64,000 nt of DNA, taken from positions 4,704,001-4,768,000 of the forward strand of contig OZ219926.1 in the NCBI GenBank assembly GCA_964291405.2. The letters are read 5' to 3'. The position numbers were made by a program, and so were the translations under genes. A model generated the notes under the pieces. The model was not told the DNA's origin. It was given only the letters and a program-made list of their open reading frames with translations, and made no database searches. Below, one piece after another: positions 16,889 through 26,640 of this stretch (position 1 is the first letter of the stretch; every line of letters begins with the position of its first letter). The DNA comes from Thermodesulfobacteriota bacterium (GTDB lineage: Bacteria; Desulfobacterota; Binatia; Bin18).

Positions 16889-18931
16889 CCGGTACAACTC
16901 CTCGTGTTTGAACGTATGATCCGGCAACCGAATACGCGGGTAGAGTGAGGGGAGGCCGTCGCGGCCGAGGAGGAGAAAATCAACCGGCACGAGTGGCATG
17001 GGCACGTCAAGGCCGACATAGCTGCTGAAATGGTCTCTGCCAAATGCCAGTCGGGTCCCGAGGATGTCTCTGGGCAGCGTCCCCCGGACGTCAAACCCTT
17101 CTCCCAGGCTCCCGGTGAGATAGGGCAGAACGCGCCAGCCGTCTTCGTCATTTTTTTCAAACTGGCTCTTGAGAGTGATATCCGCGGGCTCCGCCCCTCG
17201 GACCAATTTGGCAATGGCCCGGTCCCCACGGTAGAAGGCGTCTTCATAGCCCTTTTCCCGGAACTTGCGCCAAAACTGCTGCCACGACGCGGTGGGCACC
17301 CCGTACACTTTGGTGCGAGGGCCGGTGTCGCTCTCTAAGCGCAGGGTAATGTCGCCGTGCGGGGAGAGGACGATGCCGTCGTCCGTGAGTTCAACATTCC
17401 GCCAGTCGCCATCATACAGCTCCCGTTTGAGGCCGAGACCCTGAGTGCCGAACAGGTCCGGGTTGTCGCGCAGGAACCTTTTAGTGAGCCGTAAGCCTTG
17501 GTTTTCAGGCCGACTGACCTGCTGGAATTCTTCCGCCGCCTCCTTTGCCGCCTCAGTCTTGGGATAACTCTCCAGCAGCCGGCGCAGATAGGCCTGCTTC
17601 TCTGTTTGGTGCGGACTGGCTTTGGCTTGTTCGAGCAGGGCTGTTGCCGCGTTTTCCCGGAGCTTGGGAATCTCTTCTTCCATGCCGGCCAGCGTGTAAT
17701 ACTCAATCGCTTTCTCGACCTTGCCTTCCTTGGCATAGGCTTTGGCCAGGAGAGGGTAGATATCCGGGGAGCGTTCCTCCGGGGGGGTCTGCTGTAAGTA
17801 TTTTTCGCCCTCGGTAATGATCCCTTGTTGGGAGACGGCTCGTCCGGTCATAACCTTCCAGAGTTTCCCCAAGGTCTGGATCGTGGTCAGCCCGCCAAAG
17901 GTCGCCGCGCCGACCAGCCCCTCCGTGCCGAGCTGGAGGCCCGCCACAACAATATTGTCTTTGACAAAACCTCCCCCCGGCAGCATATAGGTCAAGGTTT
18001 CTTTGCTGTGCTCCCACTCCGCCTGTTTCACACCGGCGAGTGGGTCTTGGGGGACCTCCGGGTCGTACTGGTTGAGCGCGTCATAATGTTGCAGGCGAGA
18101 CTCGACCTGCCGGACCCCGGCCTTGGCCTTTTCAGTGTTTTCGTCAACCAGCAGGGCGAGTTGATAATGAAAATTGGCCTGCCAATAGTCCTCTTCAGCG
18201 AATGCCTGCTCAGCCCGGGCTAACTCCGCCTTGACAAGGGCTTCTTTTCGTTTCGTATCCAGGGCTTCCATTTTGGCCTGGACTTCCGGGACCCGCGGGT
18301 CATTCGGGGCTTCTTCGAGGAAACGCCGATACAGGGCCAGGGCCTTACGCTCGCGTGGACTGGGTCCTGAGTGCCGGCCAACCGAAGAGACCACGCCTTG
18401 CGCGGCGTAGGGGCTTGGGCTGGCGGGCGCACCAAGAAACAGCCGGGCCACGTCAAAGGTCGAGAGCACCCAATTGAACAGCCGGCCAACACGGTGCCGC
18501 TTTTCCGAGGCGTAGAGTCGATCTGCCTGGGAGAGCAGTTCATCCGGCGTCGCGTTCAGTTCCATAAGCGGGAGTTCTTCCTGCTCGTCCTGCTCTACGG
18601 ACCGGTACAGCAGAGCATAAACCAGGGGAGTGACGCCCGTGGCCTCCTCTTCCTGCGCTTCGAGTTGAGTGTCGTGCTGCGCCAGTTGCACGATCCGGCC
18701 GCGTAATGCCGACGAATCGTCCAAGAAACCATCAATAATCGCGTCGGCAACCTGTCTGCCGACCTCATCCGGAAAGTACCGTTCCGGGGGCAACGGCGGC
18801 ACAAAAGGATTATAGGCCGGCAAAAATTCCGTTACCCGCCGGGCCAGGGGATCTGCGAAATCTCGCGCGTGTAGAAGCGTCGCGGACACGAACTGGCAAC
18901 ACAGGAGCAGAGTGATGACCCGATACCACAT
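16886..18931 (-). CDS. Secreted TPR-like helical protein with predicted beta-rich C-terminus
   Basis: Signal peptide; TPR-like segments (LAKAYAKEGKVEKAIEYY; LRRLLESYPKTEAA). Confidence 0.75.
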   Translation of the reverse strand: MWYRVITLLLCCQFVSATLLHARDFADPLARRVTEFLPAYNPFVPPLPPERYFPDEVGRQVADAIIDGFLDDSSALRGRIVQLAQHDTQLEAQEEEATGVTPLVYALLYRSVEQDEQEELPLMELNATPDELLSQADRLYASEKRHRVGRLFNWVLSTFDVARLFLGAPASPSPYAAQGVVSSVGRHSGPSPRERKALALYRRFLEEAPNDPRVPEVQAKMEALDTKRKEALVKAELARAEQAFAEEDYWQANFHYQLALLVDENTEKAKAGVRQVESRLQHYDALNQYDPEVPQDPLAGVKQAEWEHSKETLTYMLPGGGFVKDNIVVAGLQLGTEGLVGAATFGGLTTIQTLGKLWKVMTGRAVSQQGIITEGEKYLQQTPPEERSPDIYPLLAKAYAKEGKVEKAIEYYTLAGMEEEIPKLRENAATALLEQAKASPHQTEKQAYLRRLLESYPKTEAAKEAAEEFQQVSRPENQGLRLTKRFLRDNPDLFGTQGLGLKRELYDGDWRNVELTDDGIVLSPHGDITLRLESDTGPRTKVYGVPTASWQQFWRKFREKGYEDAFYRGDRAIAKLVRGAEPADITLKSQFEKNDEDGWRVLPYLTGSLGEGFDVRGTLPRDILGTRLAFGRDHFSSYVGLDVPMPLVPVDFLLLGRDGLPSLYPRIRLPDHTFKHEELYR

Positions 18932-18952
18932 GTCGTTTTCTTCGCGGGCGGC

Positions 18953-20206
18953 TTAGCGGCCTAAACGTCCGACCTTGGCCATATAGGCTTCAAGCGCTTC
19001 GAGTTTGCCCTTGGCTTCAAGTTTTTCCATGATGCCGTCCTGTTGTGCAACCGTGGCGTAATGCTGAAGGGCCGCTCGTCCCAGGGCTTCAAAGATGTTC
19101 GTATCAAAACGGAGACTTTCAGGATCATTCTGAGCCGTATATTCGTGGGCGAGGGTGACGTAGAAATCCCCCAACTCCAGCCGATACCGATACCGATTTT
19201 TGCTCTCCCGGTGTTTATCAAGTAACTGCTGATAGGCCAAGATCACGCTCTCGTTGCCGTCCTCAATCCGGTAGCGGTTGAGGATAAAGAAGGCGACTTT
19301 CGCCCGGTCAAGCCGCTCTTCTTCTTCCCGTGCCAGGGTCCCGTACGACGTATTGTCATACTGCTGGGCCAGGTCTCGCCACTGGTGCGCCTGTTCGTCA
19401 AGCGCCTGCACATACTCAACCGCGGTTGTCGCTGTCGGTGCCTGCTGAGCGAGCGCCTGAAAGGCGGTGAGCGCTTCGACGGCTTGCAGTGCCTCCTGTT
19501 TGAGGCGGCTTTTGCCCTGGGCGACGCGTTGATACTCGGCCAGGGCCTGTTCATAGGCGTGCAGCCCCTCATACGCCCGTCCTCGCGTGAAGGCGATAAT
19601 GGCGGGATAGGCACCGGGATGCTTGGTTTCATAGTCGTTAATACGAGTGAGAGTAGCCTTATGGACATTAGCCCCGGTCACATCTTTGGGGAGCGGAAAG
19701 CGGTAAGTGTCTTTTGTCGCCACACGCTGAAACTCGGCGACCGCTTTGAGAAGGTCCTGCTCGGTCCGATACTGCGTATTGCCGTTTGGACCTGCCTCGT
19801 CGGGAGACAACCCCGGCATCCACGTGAGCCAGCCCGAGGACTCTCCTGCTTGGGGAGGGCCGAGCGCCGGCAGGGGCGGCAGGGGTTCATCCGGCTGAGC
19901 GGGCGGCAGTTCGGGTGGAACGGACTCGGTCGGCGGAGGATGCGGAGAGATGATACCCATCTCGTCGACACGGGCTAAAAAGTCCCAGGCCAGTTCTGCC
20001 TCCGGATCGTCTACTTCTTCCGCTTTTTTCTGCGGCGCGGGCGATGGGTCTGACCGAACGACAGATCGTACGGGCTCCTGGTTAATGAACGGGGGGGGGC
20101 GCCTCGCCTGACAACCGGCAAGGGACAGGCTGGCCCCGACCACGCAGAGCCAGAAAATCAGGCTCACAGAGAATTCTCCGGTCGTGTCGGGATAGAGACG
20201 TAACAT
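18953..20206 (-). CDS. Putative lipoprotein with TPR-like helices
   Basis: Lipobox LAGC, Pro-rich linker, TPR-like (FTRGRAYEGLHAYEQALAEYQRV); true start may be a few codons downstream. Confidence 0.72.
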   Translation of the reverse strand: MLRLYPDTTGEFSVSLIFWLCVVGASLSLAGCQARRPPPFINQEPVRSVVRSDPSPAPQKKAEEVDDPEAELAWDFLARVDEMGIISPHPPPTESVPPELPPAQPDEPLPPLPALGPPQAGESSGWLTWMPGLSPDEAGPNGNTQYRTEQDLLKAVAEFQRVATKDTYRFPLPKDVTGANVHKATLTRINDYETKHPGAYPAIIAFTRGRAYEGLHAYEQALAEYQRVAQGKSRLKQEALQAVEALTAFQALAQQAPTATTAVEYVQALDEQAHQWRDLAQQYDNTSYGTLAREEEERLDRAKVAFFILNRYRIEDGNESVILAYQQLLDKHRESKNRYRYRLELGDFYVTLAHEYTAQNDPESLRFDTNIFEALGRAALQHYATVAQQDGIMEKLEAKGKLEALEAYMAKVGRLGR

Positions 20207-20480
20207 GGTCCTATGAAGTATAGCCTGCCGCAGCCGTTCCAGCTGTTCGGATGTCGGCCGCCCGCCCGCAGGCTCATCCCCAGCTTAAAGTGGGAAGCGG
20301 AGCGAGTCAAAGAGAGAAACTTCAGTTCGCCCCCGTGTCTTAGGGGGAGGATGTTTTTCCGGTGCCGCATGTTCTCGTCTTCCCTTGTCATTTTTATGGC
20401 TATTTCTATCAATTTTGATAGTGCAAGGCGCGGCAGGGTAGTGTAGTATGCCGGGCTTAATCGAAACCTGAAGTGGTCAA

Positions 20481-23400
20481 GTGCGCGTGAACCCCAATAG
20501 CTTCACACCGAGCCCCGCCAGTTTTCCGTCTCCCCTGTTGGCGGCCGCGCTTCTGGTCCTGCTGGCCGTCTGCCGGGTCTCGGCCGTATGGGCGCAGGCG
20601 ACGTTCACGGACACGCTCCGTTCGGGCGGCGAGGGGCCGGAGATGGTGGTCATCCCGGCGGGCTCGTTCCGCATGGGCTGCCTGAACGATGATGGCGACT
20701 GTGATCCAGACGAATTTCCGGTGCACCGTGTGACCGTCCCGTCATTTGCGCTGGGGAAGTACGAGGTAACGTTTGCCGAGTGGGACGCGTGTGTCGCTGC
20801 TGGTGGCTGTAACGGCCGTTGGCCGGACGACATCGGCTGGGGTCGCGGCGACCGGCCGGTGATAACAGTGGACTGGCACGACGCGCAGTCCTACGTGGCG
20901 TGGTTGTCGGCGCAGACCGGCGAGGACTATCGCCTGCCGAGCGAGGCGGAGTGGGAGTACGCGGCACGGGCGGGGACGGAGACGAAATATCACTGGGGTG
21001 ACGAAATCGGGACGAACCGGGCGAACTGCCGCTCCTGTGGCAGCCAGTGGGATTATTCGCAGACGGCGCCGGTGGGCAGTTTCGCCCCGAACGCGTGGGA
21101 TCTGTACGACATGCACGGCAATGTTCGGGAGTGGACGGAGGACTGCTGGAACAGCAGTTATGCGGGCGCGCCGAATGATGGGAGCGCGTGGGAGAGTGGA
21201 GATTGTAGTCATCGGAGCCTGCGCGGCAGCTCCTGGCACAGCAGACCGAGGCTCCTCCGCTCGGCCTACCGCCTCAGGCGCACTGCTGACCTTCGGCTCG
21301 ACAGCAGCGGATTCCGCATTGCCCGGTCGATGAGTTCTACGACGACACCCCCCTCATCGGACGGGGTCTTAGAGAACCCCTCTCCCGATTCCTCTCAGAG
21401 TGGGGTGGGGGTGATCTCGGGCTGGGCGTGCGACGCTGATACGATTGAGATTCAGTTCAACCACGAGCCGCCCCAAGCAGCGGCCTACGGCACGAGCCGG
21501 CCCGATACCCAGGGCGTGTGTGGCGACAGCGACAACGGCTTCGGGCTGCTGTTCAACTGGAACCTGTTAGGGGAGGGACGCCACACTGTGCGGGCGTTGC
21601 TGGATGGCGCGGAGTTTGCGCGGACCCAAGTGACCGTCACCACCTTTGACGAGGAGTTTTTGCGCGGGGTGCAGGGTAGCGTACGCGTGCCTAACTTTCC
21701 CCGTCGGGGAGAGAGTCGGACCCTGGTGTGGCAACAGTCCCAGCAGAACTTTGTCATCACCGCCGGTCAGTCCCGCCAAGGCGGAGGCACGAGCGGGAGT
21801 CCCCCGCGGGTGTTGGAGAACCCCGGCCCGAACTCGTATCAGAGTGGGGTGGGGGTGATTTCGGGCTGGGTGTGTGACGCCGAGCAGGTCGAGCTCATTA
21901 TTGGGGACTTATCCCCCCAACGAGCCGGCTACGGGACCGAGCGGCTGGACACGGCCGGGGTATGTGGGGATACGAACAACGGCTTTGGATTACTGTTCAA
22001 CTGGAATCGGTTAGACGATGGGGTGCACACCGTGCGGGCACTGGCCGATGGGCGAGAGTTTGCCCAGGTGACCGTGCAGGTGACCACCTTGGGAGAAGAG
22101 TTTGCGCGGGGGCTGAGCCGAGAGGTAACCGTAGCCGACTTCCCGGAGGTGGGGCGCGACACCACTCTGGTGTGGCAACAGGCCAAACAGAACTTCGTCA
22201 TCACCGGGGTGACTACCGGTGACGCGGACTACGACGGCGACGGTATCCCGGACCAGTTCGACCCCGATGACGACAACGACGGCGTCGCAGACACCGAGGA
22301 CGCGTTTCCCTTTGATCCCACGGAGTGGGCCGATAGTGATGGCGACGGCATCGGGAACAATGCCGATCCGGACGACGGGCCGATCACCGACAGCCTCATG
22401 TTCGATGGGCGCGTGACACTGGTCGGCGCCCTGGCAGAGGCCAGCATTGTCGTCTCCACGCTCAACGGCATCCCGGTGGCGCAAGGCGAAACAACGGCAA
22501 CGGGCGAGTTCGAGTTGTCGCTAAGTGCCGCGTCGCTTCCTGAGATCGTGCTCATCACTGCGTACGGCGGCGAGGAGCGAGGCGTAGCCGACGACGCAGA
22601 CCCCGTCGTCAACAAGGGCCGGCTCCATACGCTCGTCACCAAGGCCCAACTCCGGGCGGCAACCGGAGGGATGCTCAACCTCAACCCACTGACCGAGATC
22701 GTTTATCACGAGGCACGGCGGCGCTATCCGGAGGCCGGCCCAACGCCCTCAGCAGCCGCGCTTGCGGCGTATCTGGACGCCGTCGCCCAGAAATATATCG
22801 CCCCCGGCGACTACGCGGCGGTCTTAGCCTTCGACGCCGACATCGACCGCGCCGCGTCCACGTTGGACTGGGACCTTGTCACAATGGGCCTGGTGGCCGC
22901 CGTCAGAGCCGGGGCGGGTGACGGCGAGATCGCCAACCGGGTCTCGGCGTTGGCCACACAGTTCGAGGCCGAAGGCACGCAGGAGGAGACCTTCGAGCTC
23001 CGCCGCGTGGCCGGCACTGGGGCCACCCGCGTCGTGACCGTGGCCCGAGAGGACGATGAGGGGGAGGTACGGAGCGTGCGGCAGACCTTCATCGATGACA
23101 ACGGTGCCTTCGTTGACGCCCGTCTGATCAAGATCACCGAGGACAAGAGCCGGGTGTCCATCACCATCAGCTATGCGGGCCGAACCTTCTCGATCACCGG
23201 CTCCAGCACGATTCTCGAAGGTGTAACGTTCACGCCCGCAGGGCTCGAGGCATTCGTGTCGCGCCTCGTGACGGTGTCGGTGCAGGGGGACGCGGTGGTT
23301 ATGGACATCGACAAAGACCTGTCCCATGCCATTTCGGACGGGGAGCTGATTTTCCGGGTCGATGGGCGCACCCCGCACAGAGAGGAAGTCACCGTGCTCC

Positions 23401-24203
23401 AGGACGACCCAAAAATAGAGTGGGATTTGGGGTTCGACCTGGCGTCCTTTTCCAAGCCTGCGGAGCTGGAGCTAATAGCGGACGTGGAGGTGGACGGTGA
23501 GCAGATTCTGGCCTGGGCGAACGAGGACATCCTGCTGATCCGGGTGCCTGACGACAAGTACGCCGAGTTGGCGGGCATCGACAAGGACGCGCTGATCGGC
23601 GCTGCCCGGAATCTCGGGATCGATATCTTTCTGGCCGTGGCGGCGGCGGTGAAGCCGACCTTCTGGGTATTCTCGTTGGGAAAGGTCATTTCGGCTATGA
23701 GTGACGTGATCTTCCTTTTGACTCGCGGCGATGACCTCTTGGAGTTGGGGGTGGCGAGCTCGCGGGCCGCCCTCAGGGAGTTCACGGACGAGAGCAGGCC
23801 AAGCGGAGCGGTCAGCGAGGCGATTGCGCCGGGCCGCCGATACGCCCTAGACCTGTTCTTCAAGATGTACACGTGCGGCAAGTACGCAACGGTCGAGTAC
23901 GGCAGCGCGCCTGGTCGTTCCGAATGTCCGGACATCTCCTTGGGCATCAACGTCATAGACACGTTCGTGTACGAACACGACCAACTCGGAACTGGCTCAC
24001 ATGGCTCGACCATAACATGCCCGAAAGGCTACCGTGTTCTCTCCGCCTCGAAAAGGTGCCAGAGGCGCGCCGGGTCGGGGTACTCGATTCCGGTGATCAC
24101 GTTCAAGCAGCCGGAGGTTCCGTCCCCGAGTCAATCGCTGACCCCATGTCACCATCTAGATTGCAGAGTCCAACAGGTTCACTTCTGGCTCATTCCCAGG
24201 TAG
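20481..24203 (+). CDS. Large secreted multidomain protein: FGE-sulfatase/C-lectin domain, two 'GVLENP' domains, TSP3-like Ca-binding repeats; ends at in-frame TAG
   Basis: Signal peptide; GPEMVVIPAGSFRMG, YEVTFAEW, RLPSEAEWEYAARAG, DMHGNVREW, GFRIAR; DYDGDGIPD/DSDGDGIGNN. Confidence 0.85.
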   Translation: MRVNPNSFTPSPASFPSPLLAAALLVLLAVCRVSAVWAQATFTDTLRSGGEGPEMVVIPAGSFRMGCLNDDGDCDPDEFPVHRVTVPSFALGKYEVTFAEWDACVAAGGCNGRWPDDIGWGRGDRPVITVDWHDAQSYVAWLSAQTGEDYRLPSEAEWEYAARAGTETKYHWGDEIGTNRANCRSCGSQWDYSQTAPVGSFAPNAWDLYDMHGNVREWTEDCWNSSYAGAPNDGSAWESGDCSHRSLRGSSWHSRPRLLRSAYRLRRTADLRLDSSGFRIARSMSSTTTPPSSDGVLENPSPDSSQSGVGVISGWACDADTIEIQFNHEPPQAAAYGTSRPDTQGVCGDSDNGFGLLFNWNLLGEGRHTVRALLDGAEFARTQVTVTTFDEEFLRGVQGSVRVPNFPRRGESRTLVWQQSQQNFVITAGQSRQGGGTSGSPPRVLENPGPNSYQSGVGVISGWVCDAEQVELIIGDLSPQRAGYGTERLDTAGVCGDTNNGFGLLFNWNRLDDGVHTVRALADGREFAQVTVQVTTLGEEFARGLSREVTVADFPEVGRDTTLVWQQAKQNFVITGVTTGDADYDGDGIPDQFDPDDDNDGVADTEDAFPFDPTEWADSDGDGIGNNADPDDGPITDSLMFDGRVTLVGALAEASIVVSTLNGIPVAQGETTATGEFELSLSAASLPEIVLITAYGGEERGVADDADPVVNKGRLHTLVTKAQLRAATGGMLNLNPLTEIVYHEARRRYPEAGPTPSAAALAAYLDAVAQKYIAPGDYAAVLAFDADIDRAASTLDWDLVTMGLVAAVRAGAGDGEIANRVSALATQFEAEGTQEETFELRRVAGTGATRVVTVAREDDEGEVRSVRQTFIDDNGAFVDARLIKITEDKSRVSITISYAGRTFSITGSSTILEGVTFTPAGLEAFVSRLVTVSVQGDAVVMDIDKDLSHAISDGELIFRVDGRTPHREEVTVLQDDPKIEWDLGFDLASFSKPAELELIADVEVDGEQILAWANEDILLIRVPDDKYAELAGIDKDALIGAARNLGIDIFLAVAAAVKPTFWVFSLGKVISAMSDVIFLLTRGDDLLELGVASSRAALREFTDESRPSGAVSEAIAPGRRYALDLFFKMYTCGKYATVEYGSAPGRSECPDISLGINVIDTFVYEHDQLGTGSHGSTITCPKGYRVLSASKRCQRRAGSGYSIPVITFKQPEVPSPSQSLTPCHHLDCRVQQVHFWLIPR
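21219..21329 (+). other. DGR-like variable region VR1 (internal)
   Basis: Aligns codon-for-codon with 25329-25439; differences concentrated at positions 1-2 of NNC codons. Confidence 0.6.
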
Positions 24204-25448
24204 GACGTCGAGTTCGAACTGGTCGATTGGGAGCCCGAACCCGACGAAGGCTTGGCGTACGCGTACAAGTCGTTGGAGCTGAGCGACAACGTCGGGCTGT
24301 ACTCGCGCAATTTGGAGTACAAGCTCGACCTGAGCGAGCTGGACCTGTTACCGGATTTCCATGCCCGGATAGACGAACGCACAGCCGAATTGGTCCTGGA
24401 CGCGCGGCCGACGATCATTGGCCTCCCCGCCGAGGCGGCGAGCTACCGTTGGAGCTACCGTAATCATGAGAACAGCGCAGGGGGCCCCCTCGGTGTCAAT
24501 GAGGTGGGTCCGTCGGATGAGGTGGTTCATCGCGTGCCGCTCTCCGCGTTCAACACGGCGGGCACCGCGGGGATCGTGGACATCAAGCTGGACCTGCAGG
24601 TCACCGGGGTCCATAGTCGCGGTCGGGGCGAGACGACGTTCTCGAAGACGATTGTCCGGTCGGTGCAAGTCGCCGATCCAGACGAAGCCGAGCCGCCGGA
24701 CGTCGGGACGACGTTCAGGGACACGCTGTCTTCGGGCGGCGTGGGGCCGGAGATGGTGGTGATTCCCGCGGGTTCATTCCGCATGGGCTGCCTGAACGAT
24801 GATGGGGACTGTTATTCGGACGAGTTTCCAGTGCATACCGTGAATGTGCCACGGTTCGCGCTATCGCAGTACGAGGTGACATTTGCTGAATGGGACGCCT
24901 GCGTAGCCGCTGGCGGATGCAACGGCTACCAGCCAGGCGACCGGGGCTGGGGTCGGGGTGACCGGCCAGTGATTCCCGTGAGCTGGAACGACGCGCAATC
25001 CTACGTGGCCTGGTTGTCGGCGCAGACCGGCGAGGAGTATCGCCTACCGAGCGAAGCGGAGTGGGAGTATGCGGCGCGGGCGGGGACGGAGACCAGGTAT
25101 CACTGGGGCGACGCAATCGGGGTGAACCGGGCGAACTGCGACGGGTGCGGCAGCCAGTGGGACAACCGCGAGACGGCGCCGGTGGGCAGTTTCGCCCCGA
25201 ACGCGTGGAGCCTGTACGATATGCACGGCAATGCTATGGAGTGGACGGAGGACTGCTGGAACAACAGTTATACGGGCGCGCCGAATGATGGGAGCGCGTG
25301 GGAGAGTGGCAACTGCTCCCGCCGGGTTCTGCGCGGCGGTTCCTGGGACTTCTACCCGAGGTTCCTCCGTTCGGCCGACCGCGACTGGCTCACCGCTGGC
25401 CTTCGGGACCATGACAACGGATTCCGTATTGCCCGGTCGCTCCCTTAA
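24204..25448 (+). CDS. In-frame continuation of the preceding gene: second FGE-sulfatase/C-lectin domain (probable DGR target)
   Basis: Same frame as 20481 ORF, open immediately after TAG 24201-24203; near-duplicate FGE domain ending GFRIARSLP*. Confidence 0.8.
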   Translation, partial: DVEFELVDWEPEPDEGLAYAYKSLELSDNVGLYSRNLEYKLDLSELDLLPDFHARIDERTAELVLDARPTIIGLPAEAASYRWSYRNHENSAGGPLGVNEVGPSDEVVHRVPLSAFNTAGTAGIVDIKLDLQVTGVHSRGRGETTFSKTIVRSVQVADPDEAEPPDVGTTFRDTLSSGGVGPEMVVIPAGSFRMGCLNDDGDCYSDEFPVHTVNVPRFALSQYEVTFAEWDACVAAGGCNGYQPGDRGWGRGDRPVIPVSWNDAQSYVAWLSAQTGEEYRLPSEAEWEYAARAGTETRYHWGDAIGVNRANCDGCGSQWDNRETAPVGSFAPNAWSLYDMHGNAMEWTEDCWNNSYTGAPNDGSAWESGNCSRRVLRGGSWDFYPRFLRSADRDWLTAGLRDHDNGFRIARSLP

Positions 25449-25502
25449 ATCCTGGTTCTTTACCTCTTTACCTCCGGGGGTCCAGGGGGCGGTGCCCCCT
25501 GG
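25329..25502 (+). other. DGR-like variable region VR2 with downstream IMH-like tract and GC hairpin
   Basis: RGGSW-x3-PR-x-LRSA-x-R..GFRIAR with NNC codons; pyrimidine tract then CCAGGGGGC-GGT-GCCCCCTGG hairpin 25482-25502. Confidence 0.72.
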
Positions 25503-25579
25503 CCAAATTTTCCGAAGCTCCTGCCCCTTGCTGTTCGCGGCACGACTTCAGCGCAACGCGAACAGCGCCGCCTCGGGGG

Positions 25580-25685
25580 CCTGCTTCGACTTCGCTCCGC
25601 TACGCTCAGCATGAACGGAGTCGAAGGGCGTAGCCCGCAAGGGCGGAGTCGAAGCATGGATGCCGGATCACGTCCGGCATGACGC
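25580..25685. repeat. REP-like palindromic cluster
   Basis: TGCTTCGACT...AGTCGAAGCA inverted arms; GGATGCCGGATCACGTCCGGCATGACG recurs at ~26489-26515. Confidence 0.65.
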
Positions 25686-25711
25686 AAGCGTACCGGCGCG
25701 ACTGCAACTGT

Positions 25712-26122
25712 CTATGGCACGACTTCGAAGGGAGAGGTGCCGTGAATTCGATACGCCTGAAAATGGCTGTCCAGAGTGAAAATCCGCCGGAGGTTCTGCT
25801 GTTCGGCGACCACCACCAGTGAAGCATCTGCGAGATCCATTGGCGCGTCATGGTACTGCCGCATGAGAACCTGCATCCGTTCCCACTCTTTTGCCTCGGG
25901 TGTGTGCAGAATAACCAAGCCGTCAGCCAGATAGCTCCACAGCTCCTCCTGAGCAGGCAGGCCACCCACGCGCCAGAGAAGGTACATCGCCTCAACCAGA
26001 CACGGCCAGGTCGTGAGTAATGGGACGGCTGGAAGGGTGCGCAACGCGGCTACACTCTGGGGATGATATGGATCATTGCGGTCGATCAACGCAACCAGCG
26101 GGCCAGTATCACACAGGATCAC
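25712..26122 (-). CDS. vapC: PIN-domain toxin (VapC)
   Basis: VILCDTGPLVAL..D..H, E, MDLADASLV, FTLD.HF; GTG start overlapping antitoxin stop. Confidence 0.88.
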   Translation of the reverse strand: MILCDTGPLVALIDRNDPYHPQSVAALRTLPAVPLLTTWPCLVEAMYLLWRVGGLPAQEELWSYLADGLVILHTPEAKEWERMQVLMRQYHDAPMDLADASLVVVAEQQNLRRIFTLDSHFQAYRIHGTSPFEVVP

Positions 26123-26409
26123 AGATGTCCTGCTTTCCGCTTCTCCTCCAGATAGTCCGTGAAGGCTGATCCGCATTCCTCAGGCAGCCGTTCCTTGCCG
26201 CCACTCTGAATGCGGCCGACCCGGCCGACAAAAAGGTCCGCGAGCGTCTGAGGACTCTGCGCTTGCTCTGCATCCTCACTCGGTGTTGTCTGCGGAGAAT
26301 GGGAGGAGAGGTGGGCGGCGATCCAGCCGAGCGGGCTGAGGCCACGTGCATCCGCAGCCTCCTTGAGAGCGGTGTACAGCGCATCCGGCATTTCAAGCAG
26401 ATGACTCAT
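26119..26409 (-). CDS. Putative RHH-like antitoxin (VapB)
   Basis: LEMPDALYTALKEAADARG; GGAGG RBS; overlaps PIN gene by 4 bp. Confidence 0.72.
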   Translation of the reverse strand: MSHLLEMPDALYTALKEAADARGLSPLGWIAAHLSSHSPQTTPSEDAEQAQSPQTLADLFVGRVGRIQSGGKERLPEECGSAFTDYLEEKRKAGHL

Positions 26410-26640
26410 ACAGTTCCTCCAGGGGCATTCTAGCGCGAAAGGGAAAGACGGGCTAGCAGCGCTTCAAACTGATGCTCACACCTATACTGGATGCTGGATC
26501 ACGTCCGGCATGACGAGAGCCAAACAGCACGGCTACAGCCCATGGTGAAACGCTCTGGTAAAAGGCAGGTTGGAGAAATTGCGGTTGCCCGGAGCGAATG
26601 ATACAGACATGCGGTGATACACTAACTGAGGAGGAAGAAC

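Noticed and set aside
21219-21329. VR1 as the DGR template repeat for VR2
   Set aside because: It is not AAC-rich; many mismatches to VR2 are at non-A positions, so both look like products of an external template
24201-24203. Pyrrolysine or genome-wide TAG recoding
   Set aside because: Many genes here end in TAG, no pyl genes are in the window, and the protein is not a methyltransferase
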